In this document: piece after piece, positions 46,707 through 56,159 of the stretch | How positions within the stretch are numbered: the stretch's first letter is position 1 | How the letters are laid out: every line of letters starts with the position of its first letter | Translations under genes and position numbers: made by a program | The notes under the pieces: model-generated | What the model was told of the DNA's origin: nothing | Database searches by the model: none | What the model saw: only the letters and a program-made list of their open reading frames with translations | Source of the DNA: a virus | Length of the DNA stretch: 64,000 nucleotides | Direction: 5' to 3' (one strand) | Virus record (IMG/VR): IMGVR_UViG_3300046747_000566 | Coordinates: 1-64,000 of that record

Positions 46707-47996
46707 TCAGGCAATCTTTAGCACATGCCCAGCTTCAGAAAGTGTCACATTTCCACCAAAGCGGTAATAGCCCATATAGCCGAATGCGTCTTCATCGGCA
46801 TAGCGTTCTTGCAATACACGAACACTAACCTGTTTACGCACAACAAGCGTGTACCACTGTTTCCAGTTTGCGAAAGCGATCGGGAAATTTCCGGAGCTGA
46901 CTGAAGGCATGTCAATCATTTCCTGATAGGGATACTCCAAGAGCCGCCCAGGCAAGTCGCCTCCCATTGGTCCCCACAATGGACGCCCTACAGAGTCCGT
47001 GAGTTTGCGCATGTCTGCCAGTGTCTCGGTAGAAAAAGCCCAGGATGAGCCTTTGCGGTATGCCGGTTTGAGCGCGTGCACAAGGTCTACTAAGTCGGCA
47101 TAGCCAAAGCCACCAGTTGCCGAGGATGTGGTATAGCCAGTGGTACCGCCAGTGCCGGGGTAAGCAGTGCTCACAATGTCAGCATCCTGTAGAAAGCCCA
47201 CGCACTGATTGGCTCCTGCTCCGTTCCCATTGGCAATCTCATAGCCTTCCAACTTTGCGAATTGTTCGGCAAACTCAGTCATGATAAATGCAGGCAAGTC
47301 AAGCTCTGAATCGTCCAAGTCTTGTGTACTGATTTTGGTTAAGGCGTAGGCAGCATAGGGCTGGACCTGCACCATGCCAAACTTCGGTGTCTGAGTCTCG
47401 GTACGTGTTGCCTGTTCTGGTGTCCTTGATGCGCTCCCTGTCTGGATACGTTTGCGGATCATGACCCACGGATTTGCGGTCATACGGACATTAACCAGGC
47501 TGTGAAAGTCTGAAATCTGCACAACGGCTTTGATTAGCTCATCTGCCACCTCTGGCGTGGCAAGAAATCCGCCGGTTGTAGCATCGGACCCGAACATTGT
47601 CTTGTGCTCAGTAAGTTGCCCATGTCCAACTTTTTCCTGATTGGCAAGTTGATGATCGTGTGGAACAAGCTTCTTCTCCTCTGGAGAAAGCACTCCCCAA
47701 CCGTGGCGCAATGCCTTGGTAAACGCCTCTCGACTGGCTTTCATCTTTTCTTCAGGAGAGTCATAGCCGGTGACCGTGCCAGGTCGATTCATTAGCGTTT
47801 TCAATGCTTTCAAGTCCGCTTCATTCTGGCGAACCTGACCTTCTAAGCGCTCAATATATTGCTTGGTTTCGGCGCTCATCTTGCCTTTGACTTCATTTAA
47901 CTCCGTTCTAATCGGCCCCACTTCTTCATCGAGCACTTGAGTAAGTAGATGTGCGACACTGGCATTCTTTTCTGCCAGATTTTGTAATGCTCCCAT
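46707..47996 (-). CDS. major capsid protein, HK97 fold
   Basis: N-terminal coiled delta-like region. FAEQFAKLEGYEIANGNG ... LVHALKPAYRKGSSWAF. Confidence 0.8.
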   Translation of the reverse strand: MGALQNLAEKNASVAHLLTQVLDEEVGPIRTELNEVKGKMSAETKQYIERLEGQVRQNEADLKALKTLMNRPGTVTGYDSPEEKMKASREAFTKALRHGWGVLSPEEKKLVPHDHQLANQEKVGHGQLTEHKTMFGSDATTGGFLATPEVADELIKAVVQISDFHSLVNVRMTANPWVMIRKRIQTGSASRTPEQATRTETQTPKFGMVQVQPYAAYALTKISTQDLDDSELDLPAFIMTEFAEQFAKLEGYEIANGNGAGANQCVGFLQDADIVSTAYPGTGGTTGYTTSSATGGFGYADLVDLVHALKPAYRKGSSWAFSTETLADMRKLTDSVGRPLWGPMGGDLPGRLLEYPYQEMIDMPSVSSGNFPIAFANWKQWYTLVVRKQVSVRVLQERYADEDAFGYMGYYRFGGNVTLSEAGHVLKIA

Positions 47997-48022
47997 ATCT
48001 ATATTTCCTTTGCACTAATGTT

Positions 48023-49228
48023 TCAACTCAAGAAAAATTCCGCGATGGGGTCATCCTCCACAGTGCTCTTGTGAAGCGGCTGCAATCCTTGGCGTGGGAG
48101 TGCTGGTGATGGCGGCTCCCGGCGCGTTAGTCGTGATTTCCCATCGTTATCATCATTTCCGTAGGCTTCGCCCTGGTTTTCTTCCTGCCAGAGCTGCGTA
48201 AGATCGCTCATCTTCTGCTGCATGGTTTTCACATGCTCACCAACAGCATCAAGTGATGCTTTCATGTCGGCTTGATGCGCCTCTAGCGTGCCTTTCGTGG
48301 CTGAGCTAATTCTGGCCCCAACTTTGCCATCAGGACGGCTGCCACGGGTCATGTATCCCCAGTCGTCTCCCACGCGCAAACTATAGGGCACATAGGGACT
48401 GCTGTCGTTGCCATAGCGACTGCTGATATATTCAGACAATCCGCACTGCATGCCTGCATCGACCCACTCCATGACGGCCTTATTGAACTGATCCAGGCAT
48501 TCCTGCATATCCTGTTGGGGTTGATCACCCATGCAGAGCAGTTGTATCATGGCCTGCGTCAGTGTATTGATGAGATCGCCCCAGTCCTCCAGCACATCAG
48601 CAGCTCGCGTGGCCAAATAGAGATCAGAAAAGTCCTTTCGTTGTGGCTTATCTGGCTCTTTGTCTTCGATAGGTGTTTTGTCTTCCATGCTTTTTACTCC
48701 TGAGCTTGCTACAAGCGCTTCTGGATTTGCTGCAAATAAAGCAGTGCACGCACTAGCTTCGACTATTGCGCATTCTTTTAGGTTTCGTATACCTTGCTTA
48801 TCATAGTCTTTTTGAATAGCAATGTACCCCATAGACATCTCTGATATGTACGATTGCTTAAAGCCAGAAAAAACCATAGCGGCTTTTGGATTATTGAATT
48901 CATTGCCTGTCATGGAAATATCAAGTTGAGCAGTGATAAGCAATCCTTTATCATCCTCTTCCACATCAATGACTTTTCCAATTGGCTGCTCTGGATTATG
49001 AAACCATAAAGCAGGCCAAATCATACCACGCGTCTGCATTCGTGATTTACCCTCTGTGACCGTTTTGGAGAATGCGCCTTTTTGCACTCGATCCCCTTGG
49101 AGGTCCACATTGCCGAATGTAGAAAGATACCCAACAACAATCCCTTGATCCTCGTCTATCGATTTCCGCTCAAATTGAAAGGATTTGAATTCTGTTTTTG
49201 GTGGAAGGACCGGTTTATTTTTAATCAC
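48023..49228 (-). CDS. prohead protease (HK97 family) fused to a scaffold-like C-terminal half
   Basis: GYLSTFGNVDLQGDRVQKGAFSKTV. Acidic helical C-terminus. Confidence 0.7.
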   Translation of the reverse strand: MIKNKPVLPPKTEFKSFQFERKSIDEDQGIVVGYLSTFGNVDLQGDRVQKGAFSKTVTEGKSRMQTRGMIWPALWFHNPEQPIGKVIDVEEDDKGLLITAQLDISMTGNEFNNPKAAMVFSGFKQSYISEMSMGYIAIQKDYDKQGIRNLKECAIVEASACTALFAANPEALVASSGVKSMEDKTPIEDKEPDKPQRKDFSDLYLATRAADVLEDWGDLINTLTQAMIQLLCMGDQPQQDMQECLDQFNKAVMEWVDAGMQCGLSEYISSRYGNDSSPYVPYSLRVGDDWGYMTRGSRPDGKVGARISSATKGTLEAHQADMKASLDAVGEHVKTMQQKMSDLTQLWQEENQGEAYGNDDNDGKSRLTRREPPSPALPRQGLQPLHKSTVEDDPIAEFFLS

Positions 49229-51582
49229 GCGTATGCCTCCATAAACGACCTATAAGGGGTTCTTTTTCTATTGATCGCAATCACATGATTAATAGCAGTT
49301 TCTTGATTAGCGCTATCTTCATCTTTCACGCGCTCATAGTATTGAGTGCATCGGCAGCATATAATGTTTGATGCGCTCCCCGCAGTATCTCCAGCATACA
49401 TAAGTTTTTCCCCTCCAACCTCAAACGGCTCATTCAGCGCTACTTTTTGACCATCTGCCTCTGCATGAGCGGGCCTCGTTCTGCTGTCCTCTGTGGCCAA
49501 CCATACTTTATTGAGTGTTAAGCCGCTACCCTCTGCACTTGCCTGAGATGCCCAGTTCGAGCTTGATACCACCTCAGTCCTCGATATGACGGTACTACGG
49601 TTAGGAATGATCTGCTGTAGATAGAGCTGATCAATCCTCTTCGCAATTTCGGGAATGCTCTCACCAGCCTCTACGCCCTCTGCGAGCGATTGACGGATCT
49701 GTGTACGCGTCGTCTCAGTAACAGCCACTACTTTTGTCGATGACAGGCTAAGTATCCATGAGATTATTTTAGAAGTAAATATGCTAAAGAACCCTTTTGT
49801 TTCATATCGTGGATTATAAGTCTTCTCAGCTTCTTGCAGTTGTTTTATTGTGCTCTCACTGAAATCTTTTGCAACGTCGTACCAGATGTTGTATATGAGT
49901 TGCTTTAGCGTGTCTTCCTGGCCAGATAGCGTCTTATCTATCGCGCCTTCTATCTGTTGTTGTGTGTTACATGCCTCCAGCGCTTTTGTCATAGTCTTTC
50001 GTTCACTCTTGAAATACTTCTGCATGCGCTGCTCTACTTCGCTCTCCCATGTTGCTCTTTGCTCTTCAAGCTTTGCTATATATGCGGCTTTTTCTTCTTT
50101 GGTCGAGAGATCGAGAATTTTGGCCTCTTGAGATGACAGCAAACGTTTGCCGCTGTCAGAAGTATCACTATCAGGATTGTCTGTCTCATTTGGCTCCTCT
50201 GTTACGGTTGTCGCACCAGGCTTTGGTGCTGGCAGTTGTGGCTGACCTGGGTGCTGCATGAGCGGTGCAGGGGCTGGTGCTCCAATTTTTTCAAGGCAGG
50301 CTTGTGCGTACGCTTCAAGATCTTCTTCGCGTACAAGTGTTGTCGGGCCAAGCTTATACACATCAAGATAGATTTTTTTCTTTGGCTCCATCCCTTGCGC
50401 TTCTTGCAGGTAGCGCAAGCTGCAACCACCATTGTTGTATAGATTTAGTGCACGCTCTGCAAATGCCTGCTCTACAGATGTATATAGCTCTGCCAGGACT
50501 TCAATGTCTCGTTTGTCGTAGGAGAGATATCCTACTGGATTGCCCTTGCGGTCACATAGATCTGGGTACATCGGTATGAGCCAAATATTTGCATGATCCA
50601 CCATGCGGTACAGCTTTGGCAGCACGTTTTCAGTGAAGAGGCTCTGCTTTGCTTCCTTGAGATTGGCATAAGTTTGGCCCACCTGATCCCCAACGAGAAT
50701 CGGAGGAACATCAAGAATAGCTGCGATTTCACGCCAATTGAAGCTACGAGATGCCAGCCAGTCTAGCTCTTTTGGAGGTATTGCCATGTTCTGATAGCTC
50801 ATGTCCGCCTCAAGAACAAGCGGCTTGCCAGCATTCGCCTTGCCAGAATATTTGCTCCGAAGCTCCTTTTTGATTTGATTGCGCTGCTCTGTAGTGAGGT
50901 ATCCTTTACTTGCAAATAGTCCTGATGGTCTAGCATCATTTTGCATCAATGCCACATTCCAATCATTGCCAGCGTTCATTTGATCAACAGAGCGCATCGA
51001 CACTTCAATTGGCGAAAGGCCATAATGAGGCTTATCATCATAGCTTGTGAATTTTAGATGCATCAATTCATCAGGCTCGAAGCTCTGTACTCCAGGCGTT
51101 CCCCAGCCGTAGACATAGCCCTGGACATCGAGTTTACCAGCAACCACTTTGATCATATTTGGATGCAGTGGCCATAGCTCAACAGGAGGATCTTTAGGAT
51201 TAAGGCGATTAGCCCAGAGATAACAGTTGCCATCCATGTGCCAAAAGCCAAAGAGCTGCTCTATCATCTCAGCAGTTCCCATGCGAGGATTGGGGTGCTT
51301 CCATAGATCAAGCAGAGGATGAGACTCGATCTCACGCTGCATTGTGTTATCTGTGTAGAGCTTCCATTTGATGCTAGCCGCTGCTCCTGCAATCTTATTG
51401 ATGCAAGCATAGACCGCGCCGCACTTCTTGTATCCTTCTCTGACGAAGCTGGCATAGTTGCGATCTGACCATATCGGCTGCCCAGGGGAATAGAATTGCA
51501 TGGCGACTTGATAGGTTGGATCTGCCTTTGTCTCGACATCGAAGCGGCGCTTGAACCAGGAGGAAGGAGAGTACCAACTCAT
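49225..51582 (-). CDS. portal protein fused to Mu F / SPP1 gp7-like minor head domain
   Basis: Portal-like N-terminal 440 aa. C-terminus WLATEDSRTRPAHAEADGQKVALNEPF...CRCT. Confidence 0.7.
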   Translation of the reverse strand: MSWYSPSSWFKRRFDVETKADPTYQVAMQFYSPGQPIWSDRNYASFVREGYKKCGAVYACINKIAGAAASIKWKLYTDNTMQREIESHPLLDLWKHPNPRMGTAEMIEQLFGFWHMDGNCYLWANRLNPKDPPVELWPLHPNMIKVVAGKLDVQGYVYGWGTPGVQSFEPDELMHLKFTSYDDKPHYGLSPIEVSMRSVDQMNAGNDWNVALMQNDARPSGLFASKGYLTTEQRNQIKKELRSKYSGKANAGKPLVLEADMSYQNMAIPPKELDWLASRSFNWREIAAILDVPPILVGDQVGQTYANLKEAKQSLFTENVLPKLYRMVDHANIWLIPMYPDLCDRKGNPVGYLSYDKRDIEVLAELYTSVEQAFAERALNLYNNGGCSLRYLQEAQGMEPKKKIYLDVYKLGPTTLVREEDLEAYAQACLEKIGAPAPAPLMQHPGQPQLPAPKPGATTVTEEPNETDNPDSDTSDSGKRLLSSQEAKILDLSTKEEKAAYIAKLEEQRATWESEVEQRMQKYFKSERKTMTKALEACNTQQQIEGAIDKTLSGQEDTLKQLIYNIWYDVAKDFSESTIKQLQEAEKTYNPRYETKGFFSIFTSKIISWILSLSSTKVVAVTETTRTQIRQSLAEGVEAGESIPEIAKRIDQLYLQQIIPNRSTVISRTEVVSSSNWASQASAEGSGLTLNKVWLATEDSRTRPAHAEADGQKVALNEPFEVGGEKLMYAGDTAGSASNIICCRCTQYYERVKDEDSANQETAINHVIAINRKRTPYRSFMEAYA

Positions 51583-51815
51583 AATGACCTCACCTCCAAG
51601 TCAAACATTTCCCCCTCATCTCCATCGGGATCGATCGGGCCCATGATGTCATTCCATGTGAGTTTTTCGAGATCCTCCTGCTTATAGCAGCCCACTCCGT
51701 CTCGTTTGTATGCTTTTAAGCGCTTGCATCTTACCAAATCCTTAAATCGCTCTAGATTGATAGAGATATATTCTGCTGCCTTTTCTTCAGTGAGCAATAT
51801 TACTTTCATCGCCAT
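51579..51815 (-). CDS. small protein between terL and portal
   Basis: ORF track. Overlaps both neighbours. Confidence 0.4.
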   Translation of the reverse strand: MAMKVILLTEEKAAEYISINLERFKDLVRCKRLKAYKRDGVGCYKQEDLEKLTWNDIMGPIDPDGDEGEMFDLEVRSL

Positions 51816-53338
51816 TCCTCCAATTCTTCTTCATCCACTTCTATAATGCCTTTATCTTCAAAAATAGATGGAATAGGTTTACCGCTACTTGGTGCTCGTT
51901 CGGGAGATGCGGAGACAGACTCATCATTCATGTCTTCAGCAGACCAGATCATAGGACCATCAGGCACAAGATATAATTCATTCATTGCGCCACTAGAAGC
52001 GTCAACAGGATCATCATGGATAGCAGGGTTAGGAAATGCGCACAAGAAGTTAATAAGACCTTTATTCCAGTGGGCTCTAATCATGCCTACATTGCCAAAC
52101 TTGGCTTGTGCTGACATGGTGTTAGCTCTTAGTTCTTTTGATCCCCCAGGGAGAACACCATCAACATCATATCCAGGTAGCACTTTGGTCACAAGATTGT
52201 AGATATAGCTTTTTCCTGAAGCTCCAGGCTCTTGCTCAATTCGAATGATACTATCACGCCCGTCTTTAGCGGCCATCTCTTTGAGGAGGTCTTCGACTCC
52301 TCCAGGATCACGCCTTTCCCAAATGGCGTGGAGGATTACATAGCGTGGATAACACCCTTCCTTGCGACGGGCCATAAGAACACCCGCTGTATAGTCAGGG
52401 CCATTCTTCTTAGAATTGGACTTCACTTCTTCAGTAGCAGCAAGGTCCCAGAACCGGACTTTGCGTTCAATATCATCAGGTACACCATCAAGAATGCGCT
52501 TTTCAAACCATTCCCGTCTAAATTTCTTGCCAGAGGGACGAGCTGACCAATCCCCAAACTTTAACCGTTGTTTCTCTACCTCGGGTAAAGCGTCTAGTCC
52601 TGCTTCATATCCAGGATCTTTCTCCATCAGGATTTTATTATCATAGAGATTGGCAAAAACAAAGGTTATAGAGATTGCATTTTTCTCATCAGAGTTACAC
52701 CACCTGATGTTTTCATCCTCTACCACAAAATAGCGAACTTCCCCGCTCTCAGCTTTCTTGCGTAAGTGCTCAGGAGTGTTGCTATTTCTCTCAGGATCTT
52801 CCCACTCATCATCTACCCACGGTGCTAGCACAACTTTGACCCATGACTCAGGATCAGGATTAGTGTAAGCACGCATGTATGGTCTTACGCCTGATAGAGA
52901 GCGGTTTCTGGAGAAGAGATAAAAGAACTGAGCAAAGGACATCTCAGTGACTTCATCAACCTCAATAAGTGGTATCTCACTACCTTTCCAAGATTGCACG
53001 TCACTCTCGTATTGCATATATGCAAACTTGATCGTAGCACCACTAGGGAATGTCCATTGAAGCTCTGACTTGTTTGGCTTGCCACCTAATTGGGGATATA
53101 TTTCAAAGGAACGTCTCCAGAGACCCCCAGGAGCTATGAGTTGTCTGTGATACTTTCTGAAGATAACTGCTTGAAATTCAGGATTGTCAATGTGATATGT
53201 TGGTTCCAACAAACACGCATACGACTTCCCGCCACCAGCTGCGCCGCCATAAAATGCAATACGGGTATTGGCTCTCAAGAATAACTCTTGAGGTCCTGGC
53301 TGTGGCTTAATCGGTTGTGTAATCGTGGCTGTTACCAA
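51806..53338 (-). CDS. terL: terminase large subunit
   Basis: Walker A FYGGAAGGGKSY. Nuclease-like C-terminal half. Position. Confidence 0.8.
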   Translation of the reverse strand: MVTATITQPIKPQPGPQELFLRANTRIAFYGGAAGGGKSYACLLEPTYHIDNPEFQAVIFRKYHRQLIAPGGLWRRSFEIYPQLGGKPNKSELQWTFPSGATIKFAYMQYESDVQSWKGSEIPLIEVDEVTEMSFAQFFYLFSRNRSLSGVRPYMRAYTNPDPESWVKVVLAPWVDDEWEDPERNSNTPEHLRKKAESGEVRYFVVEDENIRWCNSDEKNAISITFVFANLYDNKILMEKDPGYEAGLDALPEVEKQRLKFGDWSARPSGKKFRREWFEKRILDGVPDDIERKVRFWDLAATEEVKSNSKKNGPDYTAGVLMARRKEGCYPRYVILHAIWERRDPGGVEDLLKEMAAKDGRDSIIRIEQEPGASGKSYIYNLVTKVLPGYDVDGVLPGGSKELRANTMSAQAKFGNVGMIRAHWNKGLINFLCAFPNPAIHDDPVDASSGAMNELYLVPDGPMIWSAEDMNDESVSASPERAPSSGKPIPSIFEDKGIIEVDEEELEEWR

Positions 53339-53959
53339 CTATTTTTCCTCATCCTTCTGAGGTAGATAAACTGCTATACCGCTTGTTTCAATAGGTCCGC
53401 CATCCTTGCCAGTAAGTTCAGACTTCGTTAATTTAACCCTTTCGCCTTTTTCAGCAGCTATACTAGCAAGATATTTGTCTATTGTTCCATATAATCCATC
53501 ATTAAACTTTGTTTCTTTTGCACCCACTAGATACATGTTACTTATGTTTTCTGCCTCTTCTACTAGTTGCTCAGTCAATTTATTTAATACCTGTATACGA
53601 CTATGCTTTAGCGCATATCTAGACTTTAGTATCTCTTCTTCTTCTAACGCTATAAGCCTATCTCGTTCTTTTCTTTGCTCTTCATCCCAAGCCTTTGCTC
53701 TTTCATTCCACTCCCATTGCTTAGCTGTGTCGTACCAATTTTTACTTATTTTAGTCCTTGTTTTTCCTTGTTTTTCCTTGTTTTCTGCTTCAAAGACAGC
53801 ATTAACGGAACGCCTCCATCCCATAAGGCGGAATCGGTTAAATCTGGAAAACCACTTTGCTGATTCTCCTTCCTTTCGATCCCATGGTTTACGTTCCTCA
53901 TTCACTGACTTATCCTGTAAACAAACAAAAAGGGCGTTGCTCTCGATTAGGAGAAACAA
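53339..53959 (-). CDS. terS: terminase small subunit-like protein (true start probably downstream of 53959)
   Basis: WFSRFNRFRLMGWRRSVNAV ... WYDTAKQWEWNERAKAWDEE. Abuts terL. Confidence 0.45.
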   Translation of the reverse strand: MFLLIESNALFVCLQDKSVNEERKPWDRKEGESAKWFSRFNRFRLMGWRRSVNAVFEAENKEKQGKTRTKISKNWYDTAKQWEWNERAKAWDEEQRKERDRLIALEEEEILKSRYALKHSRIQVLNKLTEQLVEEAENISNMYLVGAKETKFNDGLYGTIDKYLASIAAEKGERVKLTKSELTGKDGGPIETSGIAVYLPQKDEEK

Positions 53960-53991
53960 CGCCCGCGTGAAACACGATCTGAGCTGTTATG

Positions 53992-54204
53992 CTATTTTGC
54001 TGTTTTTGTTGTTCTTATTCTATTCCTACCTGAGACTTTGTGATAATACGTGTCTCTGTAGGTTATTGGGTGACCATCCTGGAACATGATCTCAATTGAT
54101 CCGTGCCCGCTAATCGATCTGAAATACTGTGACTTCTCATCGATCCACTGGGTCAGTTCAGATGGAAGACTGCCATCCTGATCAGCATCAATTGAAATAT
54201 CCAT
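53992..54204 (-). CDS. hypothetical small protein
   Basis: ORF track. AGGTGAT RBS. Confidence 0.4.
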   Translation of the reverse strand: MDISIDADQDGSLPSELTQWIDEKSQYFRSISGHGSIEIMFQDGHPITYRDTYYHKVSGRNRIRTTKTAK

Positions 54205-54461
54205 AACGATATCACCTAAATTTAGCTCTATTATAACTATACGTTATTGTGCAAGGTCTGTCAAGGCATTTGCGCTATCTGAGGAATCTGGTTGGAGCGA
54301 GAGATGGAACCGTTTACTCGCTCCGATCAGGAAAGATATCCTTTGGGGTTGTCGTCTGTCTTTGTCTGATAAAACAAGAGTAGCGCAGTTGCTACTCAAC
54401 ACGATGATAGCATGTCAGTATGAATTTGTAAAGCAATTGGGATATATTGCCGTGATGAACA

Positions 54462-54557
54462 TCACGGACAATCCCTGCTCTCCATCCATATCGCTAATCC
54501 GCACCCGATGAGCAGAAAGCCTGCTGCAAAGATTGCTAACCCGAATATTGCGTCCAT
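54462..54557 (-). CDS. possible 31-aa hydrophobic peptide
   Basis: My translation gives MDAIFGLAIFAAGFLLIGCGLAIWMESRDCP, preceded by AGGAAAG. Below the ORF-track cutoff. Confidence 0.2.
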   Translation of the reverse strand: MDAIFGLAIFAAGFLLIGCGLAIWMESRDCP

Positions 54558-54577
54558 TCAATCTTTCCTAAATTATT

Positions 54578-54741
54578 GGAGAGGTCAGGATTTGCACCTA
54601 ACATGACCAGAAACGTCATTTGCCGTGTCACGCCGTCCTACGTGTTTCAGAGCTAGCATCTTACTTTACGTAGTCGTGGATTCGAACCACAAAGCTGGTC
54701 TAAGCTGGCGATCTTAGCGTCTACCTATTGCGCCACTCTCC
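54578..54741 (-). tRNA. composite tRNA-like element, not a canonical cloverleaf
   Basis: 5' GGAGAG pairs with 3' CTCTCC 150 nt away. Leu-like D-arm GCGCAATAGGTAGACGC. Two T-arm-like hairpins: GTGG-TTCGAAT-CCAC and TTAGG-TGCAAAT-CCTGA. Confidence 0.35.
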
Positions 54742-54831
54742 AGAGTGTATGCCATCCATTCCTGCTAAAGAGGCCAGATGCAAAGTCTCCATTTGCGTCC
54801 AGCCCTCGCAGTTCGTAAGGAGATAGATGAG

Positions 54832-54840
54832 ATTATACCA
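54832..54840 (-). promoter_or_regulatory. possible extended -10 promoter (TGgTATAAT) upstream of the tRNA-like element
   Basis: Minus strand reads CATGGTATAAT. There is no good -35. Confidence 0.25.
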
Positions 54841-55154
54841 TGGTTGGCAACACAATCATAGCAATATCGCATTGTGCGGCAAATTTGAGAGGTTACTGCG
54901 TGCTAGGTACTTTGTATTGTCTGATGTGGGCAAGGCCATCTAGTGGTCATATGGTGAGGATGAGTTTGTAACGAAAAACCTCTCTACTGCTGTGACTTGA
55001 AGCACTTGGCTTCAAGATGTTGTCCGAGAGAGGCTTTGTTGGCTGTTGTGGTGGCAGCCGCACCGAATATCTTTTAACGCTGTGATATGTTAGCGGCTCT
55101 AACGAGCATCCTCATCTTAGCAGGGCTGTCAACTGTCCGATTTTTGCGGACGGC

Positions 55155-55382
55155 TCAATTTTCAGGGAAGCCCCCTTTCATAACTCTAGCTCTTTTTACC
55201 TTCTTCAGAGCTTCATTTAGAATTTTAGTATCCTCTAGTGTTTCGCACTCGAAGCCAATCAGTGAATAGCCGCGCGGCATGCCAATGTCTTCATCGAGAC
55301 CTGTAAATTCGACTTTCTCGCGCTCGTCTACCATAAAGTAGAGGCATTTGTTTTCATCGGCAACATGTGAGTTTTGGTCCAT
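55155..55382 (-). CDS. hypothetical small acidic protein
   Basis: ORF track. GGAAAGGA RBS. Confidence 0.4.
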   Translation of the reverse strand: MDQNSHVADENKCLYFMVDEREKVEFTGLDEDIGMPRGYSLIGFECETLEDTKILNEALKKVKRARVMKGGFPEN

Positions 55383-55395
55383 ATGGTGTCCTTTC

Positions 55396-55945
55396 CTATG
55401 CTGATTGCTTCATAGCAACACTGGCAAGATACTCACGAATACGCGCTAGGTTGTCGGAAGGGAAGATTTTACCCAAATCGTTTGGATGTATACTGCCTTT
55501 CTTGCTATTGCAACTAGCGCAAGCTGGTATGCAATTGTCGGCAGTAGTGCCACCTAACCTAGAAAGCGGCAAATAGTGTTCGAGTACTTGATATGGCTTT
55601 TTATTGCAATATCCACACTTATTATTAAAGTAGCTAATAGCTTCAGCCCATTCTCGAACTGTGAGAGTAGCTGGCGTGCCTGCTTTTATCGCTCTCTTTC
55701 TATGAGATGACACGGTTGACCAATCTGGATACCGCACATAGCACTTATCGCATATGGAGTGGTAGGTATAGTCAAGAGTCCTTTCGCCGCAACATTCACA
55801 TGTTGTCTTTGCTTTCTCCAGCTTGACGGCAAAACAATCTGGGCAATGTCCAAGCCATCTGCTTTCCACTTTAGGATGGTGCAGGCACTGCTTGTCAGAG
55901 AACATCGTATAGCATTCCTCGCACATTCGTGACCAATCATCAAAT
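55396..55945 (-). pseudogene. 3' fragment of the transposon-split, terminase-proximal HNH endonuclease gene
   Basis: HNH core LEHYLPLSRLGGTTADNCIPACASCNSKKGS. Joins in frame to 60629..60983 once the element is removed. Confidence 0.8.
55941..55945. repeat. target-site duplication CAAAT (left)
   Basis: Same pentamer at 60629..60633, directly abutting the inverted termini. Confidence 0.75.
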
Positions 55946-55949
55946 TGAC

Positions 55950-56045
55950 GTTTCTCATATAAAATTTCCCCTTTCTCAAGAATAATTTCCCATCACAAAT
56001 AGAGAGAACGAGCAAAACAGGCTCATTTTCTCGCATACCTTTTCC
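55950..56045 (+). repeat. left-end transposase-binding-site-like repeats L1-L3
   Basis: GTTTCTCATATAAAATTTCC, CCTTTCTCAAGAATAATTTCC and CATTTTCTCGCATACCTTTTCC. Confidence 0.65.
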
Positions 56046-56107
56046 TCCTGCCCTTCCTCTCACGAGACGTTAGCTTTTGAGGCTGTTTTCGCTCCGTTTT
56101 CGCTCCA

Positions 56108-56150
56108 GAAAAAAAGTTATCTGAGAAAAACGAAAAGTTATGCGAGAAAT
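56108..56150 (+). repeat. two further repeat copies in the opposite orientation, abutting the tnsAB start
   Basis: GAAAAAAAGTTATCTGAGAAAAA and CGAAAAGTTATGCGAGAAAT. Confidence 0.6.
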
Positions 56151-56159
56151 GCTTGCTAT

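Noticed and set aside
53406-54089. 227-aa plus-strand ORF antisense to terS.
   Set aside because: The product is S/F/L-rich and low in complexity. It lies opposite a K/E-rich gene and conflicts with the terS-terL operon.
54578-54741. Calling this a plain tRNA-Leu, or a tRNA-Glu(UUC) from the ATGAC-GTTTCTG-GTCAT arm.
   Set aside because: The canonical T-arm is not followed by an acceptor strand complementary to the 5' end. The first anticodon-like loop has 8 nt and lacks position 26. The second arm leaves only 1 nt of variable region and has U at position 37.
55991-56000. 10-bp direct repeat CATCACAAAT (also at 60624..60633), first taken as the transposon target duplication. That would put the left end at about 56001.
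   Set aside because: With that boundary the ends are not inverted repeats and the flanking ORFs do not join. The 5-bp CAAAT duplication at 55941/60629 gives matching TGA(C/T)GTTTCTCA termini with CA-3' ends and restores an exact 900-nt HNH ORF.
55686-56063. 125-aa minus-strand ORF. Also the long form of 60333..60983 (216 aa) as genuine proteins.
   Set aside because: The first lies out of frame over the HNH fragment and the transposon left end. The second is the HNH 5' fragment reading through into transposon right-end repeats.
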